A stretch of 51,056 nucleotides of DNA, from assembly GCA_043808405.1 (NCBI GenBank), contig JAZDEX010000046.1, forward strand, positions 1 to 51,056, given 5' to 3'. Both the position numbers and the translations under genes were made by a program. The notes under the pieces were generated by a model, which did no database searches, was not told the DNA's origin, and worked only from the letters and a program-made list of their open reading frames with translations. Position 1 is the first letter of the stretch. Each line of letters starts with the position of its first letter. Origin of the DNA: Candidatus Omnitrophota bacterium (lineage in GTDB: Bacteria > Omnitrophota > Gorgyraeia > Gygaellales > Profunditerraquicolaceae). Shown here in pieces: positions 1-8,355 of the stretch.

Positions 1-85
1 ACGAAGCAATCTTTTGTTAGATTGCTTCCTGCTTCGCTTCGCTCGCAGCTAACGGCTCACCGCTTACGCTCGCTCGCAATGACAC
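1..85. repeat. Family A nested-palindrome element, cut by the window edge
   Basis: Inner hairpin acgaagcaatc/gattgcttc and terminal ctcgcaatgacac. These are the same arms as the copies at 2099, 3108 and 3887. Confidence 0.7.
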
Positions 86-97
86 ATTTCATTAAAT

Positions 98-205
98 TTA
101 TTTCTTATCTTGGAATATGTAATGCGAAAGTCCCGCGCCAGATGTTTTGCATTTTTTACGCCGGGCAATAATACTTTTTTTTGCCTTAACTTTTATGCTT
201 TTCAT
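98..205 (-). CDS. Hypothetical small basic protein, 35 aa (MKSIKVKAKKSIIARRKKCKTSGAGLSHYIFQDKK)
   Basis: Not in the ORF track (under 60 aa). ATG at 205 is preceded by AAGGGGG 8 nt upstream and lies 20 nt downstream of the cobD stop. I recognise no family. Confidence 0.3.
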   Translation of the reverse strand: MKSIKVKAKKSIIARRKKCKTSGAGLSHYIFQDKK

Positions 206-225
206 AGCTTATACCCCCTTTCTTT

Positions 226-1290
226 TTAGTTTTGCTCAAATATTTCTTGAAGAGCCTTAAGCAACCTTAGATTATCCGCGCGTAAACGTATAGCTACTCG
301 GAAATATTTATTATTTAGCCCTCGGAAATTCGCGCAGTCGCGGATCAATATTCCTTTTTGAATTAGCTTTTGCCTTAATCCTGCCGCGTTCATTAGATTA
401 TTCTTAATCTTAACTAGAATAAAATTTGCTACCGATGGATATGGTGCTAAACCTTTAATTGCGCTTAAGCCTGTAAAAATAAATTCCCTTTCCTTTTCGA
501 TTAGAGCGCGTGTTTTTTTCATATATTTCTTATCGCTTAATGCCGCTTCTGCTGCACTTTGCGCAAATACGTTAACGCTCCAAGGAATCTGATAGGCTTT
601 TAATTTTCGAATTACATTTTTATGCGCCACAAGATAACCAATCCTTAATCCGGCTAAAGCAAAAAATTTAGTAAAGGTTCTAAGCACAATAATCTTCTGG
701 GAAGCAATAGCTTGACGTAGAAAGGTATATTTTTTTTCATCTTCTAGGAAATCCATGAAACTTTCGTCAATCACGGTTAATTTAGCGGGAAAATTCTTAA
801 TCGCGGCAGGATCTGTCAAGGTAAGGTTTCCCGTAGGATTATTAGGATTGCATAAAAATAAGAGGTCAGAGCAGCCTTTAAAATCCCGAACATCCCACAA
901 AAATCCTTTTTCCGGATTTAAATTAACAAAAGTAATTTTGCTTTTCAGGCAGCGGCTTGCGCGTTCATATTCGCTAAAACTAGGAGTAAGAATAAGCGTA
1001 GTTTTAGGCTGTATAGCCTGCGCAATTAGATAAATTAATTCTATGGAGCCGTTTCCAACTAAAATGTTCTCTTCGTTTATCTTTAAGTAGCGAGCAACGG
1101 CAGAAGTTAATTTTTTTGCTTCAGGATCCGGATAATGCGTAATTGCTTCTGGGATCCGGCTTAGAATATTTTCTGTGCTTTGAGGCAAGCCTAAAGGATT
1201 AATGCTGGCGCTAAAATCAATTACCTTTTTACCGTATTTTTCTTTAATTGCGTAGATATTTCCACCGTGCGAAAAATTTATAGAGCCCAT
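226..1290 (-). CDS. cobD: L-threonine-O-3-phosphate decarboxylase (class I/II PLP aminotransferase fold)
   Basis: NPNNPTG and TFTKFFALAGLRIGY (PLP-Lys region). Last gene of the cob operon, overlapping cbiB by 13 nt. A HisC-like aminotransferase cannot be excluded from sequence alone. Confidence 0.7.
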   Translation of the reverse strand: MGSINFSHGGNIYAIKEKYGKKVIDFSASINPLGLPQSTENILSRIPEAITHYPDPEAKKLTSAVARYLKINEENILVGNGSIELIYLIAQAIQPKTTLILTPSFSEYERASRCLKSKITFVNLNPEKGFLWDVRDFKGCSDLLFLCNPNNPTGNLTLTDPAAIKNFPAKLTVIDESFMDFLEDEKKYTFLRQAIASQKIIVLRTFTKFFALAGLRIGYLVAHKNVIRKLKAYQIPWSVNVFAQSAAEAALSDKKYMKKTRALIEKEREFIFTGLSAIKGLAPYPSVANFILVKIKNNLMNAAGLRQKLIQKGILIRDCANFRGLNNKYFRVAIRLRADNLRLLKALQEIFEQN

Positions 1291-2345
1291 CTGGCACCAA
1301 TACCTAGTAGTATTACTAATAATGATACAATAAAGCTAATACGTAAAGCCGGAGATATTAATTCCGGCTGCAAGATGTTAATATTATCCCCAATGTAGGG
1401 TTTATTCTCAATTTCCCCGTGATACACAGAAGGCCCTCCTAATTGCACATTAATGGCACCAGCCATAGCTGCCTCGGAAATACCGCTATTTGGCGAATCG
1501 TGATTTCTGCCGTCGCGCAGCATAATTTTAAAAGAACGCTTAAAATCTTTCCCCGTAATAAATGAAGAAATAGCAATGAGTATGCCGGTAAGGCGCGCAG
1601 GAATAAAATTAGCCAGGTCATCTAATTTTGCCGCGCACCAGCCGAAATCTTTATAGCGTTTATTTTTATATCCGACCATAGAATCAAGCGTGTTTACCGC
1701 TTTATAGGAAATAGCTAATACTGGCCCGCCTAAGAAAAGATAAAAAAGCGGGGCGACAATTCCGTCACTAGTGTTTTCAGCAACGCTTTCTATTGTTGCC
1801 TGTGCTATTTTTTCTTCGGATAGATTCTGCGTATCTCGGCCTACAATAAAAGAAAGTTTTAAGCGCGCTTCTTCCAGAGAGCCTGCTTTAAGGCCTTTTA
1901 ACACTGCGCTCGCCTTACAACGCAGGTCTTTTACAGCTAAAGACGCATAGCCGAAATAAATATAAACCGCAGCCCCTAAAAAAATATTGATTTTTTGGGC
2001 ATAAATTATTAGGGCACGAGTCATTAGTGTGCTTATGCCTACTACTATAACTACTAATATTATTCCTCTAATTCTCCCCTGCCACAAATTGACAAGAGGT
2101 GTCATTGCGAGGAGCCGTAGACGACGAAGCAATCTTTTTAACTTAATAAAAGATTGCTTCGTCGTCGCTAAAAATCGCTCCTCCTCGCAAAGACACAAAG
2201 AAGATTCTTCTGATTTATTCAAGTGTTTATCCAAGAAATTTATCAAGGCGCCCATAATCCTAACCGGATGCGGCAGCCACTCTGGATCGCCAAAGATTAA
2301 ATCCGCGATATAAGAAAATATAATCAATAACGTAATGTTAGGCAT
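1278..2345 (-). CDS. cbiB: Adenosylcobinamide-phosphate synthase, carrying an in-frame repeat insertion
   Basis: GDPEWLPHPVRIMG, IVGRDT, ENTSDGIVAPLF and AVNTLDSMVGYK motifs. About 35 aa longer than typical CbiB because of the element at 2099-2196. Confidence 0.85.
   Translation of the reverse strand: MPNITLLIIFSYIADLIFGDPEWLPHPVRIMGALINFLDKHLNKSEESSLCLCEEERFLATTKQSFIKLKRLLRRLRLLAMTPLVNLWQGRIRGIILVVIVVGISTLMTRALIIYAQKINIFLGAAVYIYFGYASLAVKDLRCKASAVLKGLKAGSLEEARLKLSFIVGRDTQNLSEEKIAQATIESVAENTSDGIVAPLFYLFLGGPVLAISYKAVNTLDSMVGYKNKRYKDFGWCAAKLDDLANFIPARLTGILIAISSFITGKDFKRSFKIMLRDGRNHDSPNSGISEAAMAGAINVQLGGPSVYHGEIENKPYIGDNINILQPELISPALRISFIVSLLVILLGIGARWAL
2099..2196. repeat. Family A nested-palindrome element inside cbiB
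   Basis: Outer arms gtgtcattgcgaggagc / gctcctcctcgcaaagacac and inner arms gacgacgaagcaatcttt / aaagattgcttcgtcgtc are reverse complements. Confidence 0.85.
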
Positions 2346-3081
2346 AGTTAAAGGCGATTAAGGCTAGAGATAATACAGTTACTTCCATTATTTCGTTTAG
2401 CGCTCCAATAGTATCGCCGGTCATACCGTTAATTCTTCTTTTGCTATAGCTAATAAACAATAATGTTATTAATAAAGAAAGGATAAAGATAAATATGCCC
2501 TGCCAGTTAAAAAATAGAATAAATAATCCCAGGCTAAATAATCCTCCGAGCGCAATATCTATCTTTCTGGCACCTTTAAGAAAAAATTTTGCCTTACCAT
2601 CCTGGCGCGCGTAACTCGAGTTAAGGCAGGCTACTGCCTGCGACCAGCGGGAAAAACTTAAAGCCACAATCAATGCCTTACCAAGATCGGCTACCCGAGG
2701 GAAACTTGCGATTAAGCTAAACTTAAGAAGCAAAATTAATATTATGCCTATTACCCCCATAGTTCCAATCGCGCTATCGCGCATTATTCTTAAAATGTTT
2801 TCTTTAGTTTTTCCGGCATAAAATCCGTCGCAGGTATCGGCTAATCCGTCAAGATGTATCGCTCCAGTAAGAATTGTGTAAATAACTAAAATAAGCGCGG
2901 CAGAAAATAATGGCGGTGAATTCCTAAGATAATAGGCAAGCGCAAAAAGAAAAGTTCCCAGTAAAGCCCCTATAACTGGGAAAAAAGTGAGCGCCTTGCC
3001 AAAATCTCCCTCTTTTAGCTCTCCCTTAATTCGGATAGGCAGAATGGTTAAAAATTGCAAGGCAATAAAAAAGCTTTTCAT
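2338..3081 (-). CDS. cobS: Adenosylcobinamide-GDP ribazoletransferase (cobalamin synthase)
   Basis: LQFLTILPI and HLDGLADTCDG motifs. I prefer the ATG at 3081 (MKSFFIALQF...). The track's ATG at 3114 lies inside the terminus of repeat A3. Confidence 0.85.
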   Translation of the reverse strand: MKSFFIALQFLTILPIRIKGELKEGDFGKALTFFPVIGALLGTFLFALAYYLRNSPPLFSAALILVIYTILTGAIHLDGLADTCDGFYAGKTKENILRIMRDSAIGTMGVIGIILILLLKFSLIASFPRVADLGKALIVALSFSRWSQAVACLNSSYARQDGKAKFFLKGARKIDIALGGLFSLGLFILFFNWQGIFIFILSLLITLLFISYSKRRINGMTGDTIGALNEIMEVTVLSLALIAFNYA

Positions 3082-3107
3082 TGATTTTTCTTTTTCGCGC
3101 TTATACA

Positions 3108-3196
3108 GTGTCATTGCGAGGAGCGCGAAGCGCGACGAAGCAATCTTTTTGTTAGATTGCTTCGTTCACCCCTTCGGGGTTCGCTCGCAATGACAC
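3108..3196. repeat. Family A nested-palindrome element at the cobT/cobS junction
   Basis: Outer stem gtgtcattgcgag...ctcgcaatgacac and inner stem gacgaagcaatc...gattgcttcgt, plus side hairpins gcgcgaagcgc and accccttcggggt. Confidence 0.85.
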
Positions 3197-4308
3197 GAAT
3201 TAGAAACGCCGGCATTTTGAAAAGTGGCCATTTCATTTAATATCTTTACCCCGGCTTCAACTATACTTATTCCTAAAGCAGCTCCTGTGCCTTCGCCCAA
3301 GCGCAGATTTAAATTCATAATTGGGTTAAGGCCTATATGCTCTAATATAATTTTGTGGCCGATTTCTACTGAGACATGGCTAGCGATCATATAGTCCTTA
3401 GTTTTTGGTTCAATTCCAAAAGCGATTAACGCGGCTGAGCCGGAAATAAAACCATCTATAACTATTGGTATTCTATTTGCCGCTGCCGCTAAAATTATTC
3501 CAACCAGCCCACCTATCTCAAAACCGCCGACTTTAGTTAAAACATCAAGAGCATCTTTGGGATTAGGCTTATTTATCTTTAAAGCTTTTTCAATTACCTT
3601 AATCTTGTTCGTTAATGCGCTATCAGTTATTCCCGTGCCTTTACCCGTAATTATTTTTACTTCTTTACCGGTTATGGCAGCGGTTATCGCGCTGGCTGAA
3701 GTGGTATTGCCAATGCCCATATCGCCGGTGCCAATAATATCTAACCCATTTTTTAATTCTTTTTCTACCAAAGCTATACCTGCCTCAATTGATTTTATGG
3801 CATTTTCCCTGGTCATCGCCGGGCCCTTAGCGAAATTTTGCGTGCCCAAAGCAATTTTTTTGTTTTTAAAATTATATGGCACTCCGGTGTCATTGCGAGG
3901 AGCCCCCGCCAACGGCGGGGCGACGAAGCAATCTATTTTCTGGGCTACTCCCATATCTACGACTATTACTTTAGCTCCAACATGTTTTGCCAAGACATTT
4001 ATCCCCGCGCCCCCGTTTAAAAAATTATAGACCATTTGCGCAGTAACTTCTTTTGGGAAGGCGCTGATGCCTTCTTCGGTGACGCCATGATCCGCGGCAA
4101 GGGTAAAAATAACTTTATTTTTAAAAACAGGATGTTCGTTGCCGGTTATTCCCACAGCCTGCCTTGCCAACTCTTCTAATCTACCCAGGCTTCCTAAAGG
4201 CTTAGTAAGGTTATCTAAGCGTTTTTGAGTTTTTTCGATTAACTTTGCGTCTATCATAGGAATGTCAGCGCTTATTTTTTTAATTTTATTTGTCATTTTA
4301 TTCTCCAT
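3166..4308 (-). CDS. cobT: Nicotinate-nucleotide--dimethylbenzimidazole phosphoribosyltransferase
   Basis: GDMGIGNTT and [10 protein letters not shown] motifs. An alternative ATG at 4296 overlaps the cobU stop (ATGA). Contains the in-frame half-element at 3887-3933, and its last ~10 aa are encoded by repeat A3. Confidence 0.9.
   Translation of the reverse strand: MENKMTNKIKKISADIPMIDAKLIEKTQKRLDNLTKPLGSLGRLEELARQAVGITGNEHPVFKNKVIFTLAADHGVTEEGISAFPKEVTAQMVYNFLNGGAGINVLAKHVGAKVIVVDMGVAQKIDCFVAPPLAGAPRNDTGVPYNFKNKKIALGTQNFAKGPAMTRENAIKSIEAGIALVEKELKNGLDIIGTGDMGIGNTTSASAITAAITGKEVKIITGKGTGITDSALTNKIKVIEKALKINKPNPKDALDVLTKVGGFEIGGLVGIILAAAANRIPIVIDGFISGSAALIAFGIEPKTKDYMIASHVSVEIGHKIILEHIGLNPIMNLNLRLGEGTGAALGISIVEAGVKILNEMATFQNAGVSNSCHCERTPKG
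3887..3933. repeat. Family A half-element inside cobT
   Basis: gtgtcattgcgaggagc + hairpin ccccgcc-aac-ggcgggg + cgacgaagcaatc. Only the left half of the full element is present. Confidence 0.75.
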
Positions 4309-4808
4309 TCTATTCCTGAAACCATAAAAAATACCTCATCCGCGGATTTCGCGGTTATTTGATTTATCCTGCCAGCAATATCCCTAAAATCCCGGGCTAA
4401 TTTATTTTCCGGAACAATGCCTAGCCCAACTTCATTAGAAACAATTATTGAATTTGCTTTTATTTTTTTAAGGCGGTTACAAGTTTTGATGATATACTTT
4501 TCTATATCTTTTTGTTTCAAGTTTTGAAGCATTAAGTTTGAAACTAATAAAGTCAAACAATCAATAATAATTACCTCAAATTGAGAGCCGATTTTTCTAA
4601 TTACTGGCTCGACATTGGCAGGCTCTTCATAGGTTTTCCAACTTGCAGGCCGGGAATTCTTATGAATAGCAATGCGCTTTTTCATTTCGTGGTCTTTAGC
4701 TTGCGCTGTAGCAATAAAAGCTATGCGTTTGTATTTTTTAGCTAGTTTTAATGCATATGCGCTTTTGCCGCTGCGCGCGCCGCCTAAAATAAAAGTGATT
4801 TTACCCAT
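4293..4808 (-). CDS. cobU: Adenosylcobinamide kinase / adenosylcobinamide-phosphate guanylyltransferase
   Basis: P-loop GGARSGKS, ~170 aa, cob operon context. Confidence 0.9.
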   Translation of the reverse strand: MGKITFILGGARSGKSAYALKLAKKYKRIAFIATAQAKDHEMKKRIAIHKNSRPASWKTYEEPANVEPVIRKIGSQFEVIIIDCLTLLVSNLMLQNLKQKDIEKYIIKTCNRLKKIKANSIIVSNEVGLGIVPENKLARDFRDIAGRINQITAKSADEVFFMVSGIEWRIK

Positions 4809-4834
4809 ATGTAATTGCGTTCAGCAGCCACTCG

Positions 4835-5434
4835 CTAAGTTGCTAAATGTGCCGTATCATTAAATAAAATTATTTTCCATTTATTATTTGTAATTTCTAC
4901 AATAGTTAAGCTCGTTGAATCCGTAACTCTACCCCAAAAATCCTTTGTTTTTAGAATGTAATTTAAAAACGCGCTGGTTACGCCACCATGGCAGACAATA
5001 GCCATGGTTTTATTTTTATTTAGCGAAACTATTTTTTTGATTGCCTTAGCCACTCTTTTTTCTAAACCTTTTAGGCCTTCGCCTTTAGGCAGGGTAATTG
5101 AATAGGGTTTATTTAGCCACTTGGAATAAAGTTTGCCGTATTTTTTAATTATTTGTTTATATGTTAATCCTTCAAAAATACCAAAATTCATTTCTTTTAA
5201 GCCGGGAACGATTTTGATTTTTCTTTCCTTGAATAATATCTTTGCGGATTGTATGGCTCTTTTGCGGTCGCTAACATAAATTTTATCGATAACCTGGTTT
5301 TTCAGTCTCTTTTGTAATTTCTTAGCTTGTTGTTTACCGGTGGCATTAAGCCCGATATCGGCAAATCCGCAGTATTTCTTTTTTAAGTTCCACTGAGTTT
5401 GTCCGTGCCGGATTAAAATAAGTTTAGTAGGCAT
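4835..5434 (-). CDS. cobC: Histidine-phosphatase family protein, probable alpha-ribazole phosphatase
   Basis: LIRHGQTQWN (RHG catalytic motif). First gene after the B12 riboswitch. I prefer the ATG at 5434 (MPTKLILIRHG); the track starts at a TTG at 5443. Confidence 0.7.
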   Translation of the reverse strand: MPTKLILIRHGQTQWNLKKKYCGFADIGLNATGKQQAKKLQKRLKNQVIDKIYVSDRKRAIQSAKILFKERKIKIVPGLKEMNFGIFEGLTYKQIIKKYGKLYSKWLNKPYSITLPKGEGLKGLEKRVAKAIKKIVSLNKNKTMAIVCHGGVTSAFLNYILKTKDFWGRVTDSTSLTIVEITNNKWKIILFNDTAHLAT

Positions 5435-5437
5435 ATT

Positions 5438-5472
5438 AAACAAAAATCCCCAACCAAAAATTTTGATTGGGG
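5438..5472 (-). terminator. Riboswitch expression-platform hairpin with U-tract
   Basis: Minus strand reads CCCCAAUCAAAA/UUUUGGUUGGGG followed by AUUUUUGUUU, ending 3 nt before the cobC ATG. The 3-prime arm GGGG(A) is the only SD-like sequence. Confidence 0.6.
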
Positions 5473-5518
5473 TCGCACCCTAATATTACTCTGGCCCTTT
5501 TCCACGAGGTATTACTTT

Positions 5519-5663
5519 GTATAGAGAGGTTTTCTGACTCTGGCTTTAATTCTACTTCCTGCGCCTTCCCAGCTTATTATCCGGTGGCTTATCTTGCAGG
5601 TTTCGTTTGCCATTACAGCGGCGGGACCGCGGCTGATTCACACAGCCTTCCCTGTTTCTATAC
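5519..5663 (-). promoter_or_regulatory. Cobalamin (B12) riboswitch aptamer
   Basis: The minus strand has AGGGAAGGCUGUGUGAAUCAGCCGCGGUCCCGCCGCUGUAA, a B12-box-like AGCCACCGG...GGGAAGGCGC, and GAGUCAGAAAACCUCU. Closing stem is GUAUAGA/UCUAUAC. It lies directly upstream of the cob operon. Confidence 0.85.
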
Positions 5664-5679
5664 TGAATTGTCAATGCTT

Positions 5680-5708
5680 AGAATATACCGGATAGGTATT
5701 CGTGTCAA
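5680..5708 (-). promoter_or_regulatory. Putative sigma70-type promoter for the riboswitch and cob operon
   Basis: Minus strand TTGACA (5703-5708), then TATTCT at a 17-nt spacer or TATATT at a 15-nt spacer. Confidence 0.45.
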
Positions 5709-5711
5709 GCC

Positions 5712-6377
5712 TTATTTATTGCGGATTTCTCTCATGACAAATTTAATGAATCTTATTGTGTCTATAAAAGGGTTGATTTGGCTTTTGTTTCCGTTATAGA
5801 CGCTTTTAATAGTAACGGTTTCGATTTTATAGCCTAGGCGCGCGCCTTTAATTAAAATTTCGGATTCAATTTCATACCTGCGCGCATGAAGCTTCATTTT
5901 CTCCAGTACCTCCCTTTTTATCAAACGAAAACCGCATTGCGTGTCAGGGATATATTGTTTAGCGATCGCGGAAATAAGCCAAGACATAAATTTATTGGTT
6001 AACAGGCGCGTTAAAGGCATGTTTTTGGGCTTATGCATCCGGTTTCCGATAATAATGCTGGAATTAGAATATTGCGCCAGGCGGATAAAATAAGGAATAT
6101 CTTCGACTAAGTGCTGGCCGTCGCCGTCCATGGTAATCACCGCATGAAAATTTTCTTTTAGCGCATGTTCTATGCCTTTAATTAATGATGCGCCTTTGCC
6201 TTCATTTTGTTGATTGCGGATAACCCGGGCGCCATGTTCTTTGGCTATTTTCTCGGTATTATCACTAGAGCCGTCATCGATTACAAACACTTCTAAATTC
6301 TGCTGGCGGATCTGCCGGACTAACTGCCCGATGTTTTTGGCTTCATTTAATGTGGGGATAATAATGCAAGTTTTCAT
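5712..6377 (-). CDS. Family 2 glycosyltransferase (polyprenol-phosphate sugar transferase-like)
   Basis: IIIPTLNEA, VIDDGSSDNT and MDGDGQH motifs. The ATG at 6377 overlaps the upstream TGA (ATGA coupling). Confidence 0.8.
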   Translation of the reverse strand: MKTCIIIPTLNEAKNIGQLVRQIRQQNLEVFVIDDGSSDNTEKIAKEHGARVIRNQQNEGKGASLIKGIEHALKENFHAVITMDGDGQHLVEDIPYFIRLAQYSNSSIIIGNRMHKPKNMPLTRLLTNKFMSWLISAIAKQYIPDTQCGFRLIKREVLEKMKLHARRYEIESEILIKGARLGYKIETVTIKSVYNGNKSQINPFIDTIRFIKFVMREIRNK

Positions 6378-7225
6378 AACTTCTCTTCTACCTGAAATTT
6401 TCTGAACATATACCATTGCTCAGGGTATTTACGTATATAATTTTCCAAAATTATCTTATATTGGTTAGTTAATTCATTCAAGCTGCAATTTTTTGGCTCA
6501 ATGGGCGGTTCAAATATAAGATTAAAAGTATCGTCAGGATTACGCACTAAGAACCCGGGGATAATGGATGAGTGGGTTTTTAATGCTAACGCCGCCGGCC
6601 CCTGCGGCAGCATTGTAGGTAACCCAAAAAAATCAGTGAGCATTCCGCCTTTGGTAAATTCCCTGTCCCCCACTAAGGCCAACAATTTATTCTCTTTTAA
6701 CAATGTAATCGAAGATCGAACTGCCCTGCCTAAAGGTATGACTTTAACGCCCTTACTTTCACGCTGGTAGTTGAAAAATTTATTTACTTTTTTATCTTTA
6801 TGCGGCAGGGCTACGACCCAAAAAGGATACCCCAGTATCCCTAATACTATCCCGCCTAATTCCCAATTACCGATGTGCGCGGTTAAGACAATGCCGCCTT
6901 TCCCTTTAGCTAAAACTTCATCGAGGTAATGCAAATTTTTTATTTTTATATTACGCTGTATGTACTCTTTATTTATTTCAGCAAAACGAAAGAAATCAAT
7001 CAGGTATTTAGCAAAATTACGAAACATTGTCCGGCAGATTCTACGCACTTCTTTTTTATGTTTATGAGGAAATATAGCTTTTAAATTACTATAAACGGCA
7101 TGACGGTCTCGCGGGCTGATCAAATAATCGAAGTCCGCAATGGCGTTGGCGATTTTATATGCTATTTTTAGGGGCAGTGATAATGCGATAAATTGCCCTA
7201 AACGATAAAGAAAATAACTCAACAT
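6374..7225 (-). CDS. LpxL/HtrB-type lysophospholipid / lipid A acyltransferase
   Basis: LTAHIGNWELGG motif, ~283 aa. Confidence 0.7.
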   Translation of the reverse strand: MLSYFLYRLGQFIALSLPLKIAYKIANAIADFDYLISPRDRHAVYSNLKAIFPHKHKKEVRRICRTMFRNFAKYLIDFFRFAEINKEYIQRNIKIKNLHYLDEVLAKGKGGIVLTAHIGNWELGGIVLGILGYPFWVVALPHKDKKVNKFFNYQRESKGVKVIPLGRAVRSSITLLKENKLLALVGDREFTKGGMLTDFFGLPTMLPQGPAALALKTHSSIIPGFLVRNPDDTFNLIFEPPIEPKNCSLNELTNQYKIILENYIRKYPEQWYMFRKFQVEEKL

Positions 7226-8355
7226 TATGGTAAATGCAGTAGTAGTTCAGCAATATTAAGGCTTGCATGCGGCTTACTGATCTGTTCGGCTTTGCGGCGC
7301 ATGTTTTCCGCTTTTTCCGGGTTATTTAATAGCTCTTCAACCGCAATATTTATATTTTTTGGTTCAGCTACTTTAATTGCCGCGCCTTTCTCCATTAAAT
7401 AGGCGGTATTATTGGCTTCTTGCCCGGGTATAGGTTTCACAATAATCATCGGAAGTTTTTTGGTTAAGGCTTCGGCAACAGTAATACCTCCGGGTTTTGT
7501 AATGATTAGGCTCGCGATCCCCATTAACTCGTGGATATTGTCCACAAAACCTAAGAGTATTATTTTCTTACGGCATTTATTTACTTTTTTTGCTAAAGTA
7601 GAATAAAGTTTTTTATTAATTCCGGTAACAATAATTTCCTGAAAATTAGCTGGAGATTTTTCTAACGAATTAACAATGCCTTCCATCGGCCCCAAGCCAT
7701 GCCCGCCGCCCATAATCAGTATTACGGGAACATCGGGAAGCAGGCCTAATTTATCCTTAACTGTTTTTTTATTTATTTCTTTAACGAATTTATGATCGAA
7801 AGGTATGCCTAAGGTTCTTATTTTATCCTGCGAGACGCCCTTTTCTACTAATCTTAAAGTAACCTCGTTCGAGGGGCTAATGTAATAATTTATGGTGTCG
7901 TAGATCCAATATGAATGCGGAATATAATCAGTTAATACCGCAACTAATGTTATGTTTGAATTATACTGCTTCTTAAAATCCGCAACCATACCGCAGGGAA
8001 AAGCCTGTGTGCAGACAACTACATCCGGGTTGAATTCGTCAAATAGTTTCTTCAGCTTTCCAGAGTTGGAATTATTAACCGCGTGTTTAATATTTTCAAA
8101 TTTTTTAATCAGCGCTTGATTATCGTATAAAAATTCCCAAATCTTGGGCATCTTTTGAATTACGCTCATGTAGATCCGGTTTATTATTTTTTCGGCGATA
8201 GGGTTAGTGTAATTAAAAGCATTAATACTTTTAATCTCTGATTCACCTGAAAGATGCCGGATGGCTTTTTCAATAGCGATAGCTGCTGATCGATGGCCGG
8301 AAACATCCGATATATACATTAAAAGGATGCGTTTTTTATTCATGCTGGATTTCAA
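7225..8355 (-). CDS. GT28 MGDG-synthase-like diacylglycerol glycosyltransferase
   Basis: N-terminal ILLMYISDVSGHRSAA and C-terminal KPGGITVAEAL pattern typical of the MGDG synthase / UgtP family. An alternative ATG is at 8343. Confidence 0.7.
   Translation of the reverse strand: MKSSMNKKRILLMYISDVSGHRSAAIAIEKAIRHLSGESEIKSINAFNYTNPIAEKIINRIYMSVIQKMPKIWEFLYDNQALIKKFENIKHAVNNSNSGKLKKLFDEFNPDVVVCTQAFPCGMVADFKKQYNSNITLVAVLTDYIPHSYWIYDTINYYISPSNEVTLRLVEKGVSQDKIRTLGIPFDHKFVKEINKKTVKDKLGLLPDVPVILIMGGGHGLGPMEGIVNSLEKSPANFQEIIVTGINKKLYSTLAKKVNKCRKKIILLGFVDNIHELMGIASLIITKPGGITVAEALTKKLPMIIVKPIPGQEANNTAYLMEKGAAIKVAEPKNINIAVEELLNNPEKAENMRRKAEQISKPHASLNIAELLLHLP

Noticed and set aside
1439-1621. Minus-strand 60-aa ORFs nested out of frame in cbiB (1439-1621) and fusA (35892-36074)
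   Set aside because: They sit in alternative frames inside strongly conserved genes, with no independent translation signals.
5467-5799. Plus-strand 110-aa ORF in the cobC-GT2 gap
   Set aside because: It overlaps the minus-strand B12 riboswitch and promoter and the 3-prime end of the GT2 gene. It has no SD or family resemblance, so the ORF is a by-product of the structured RNA region.
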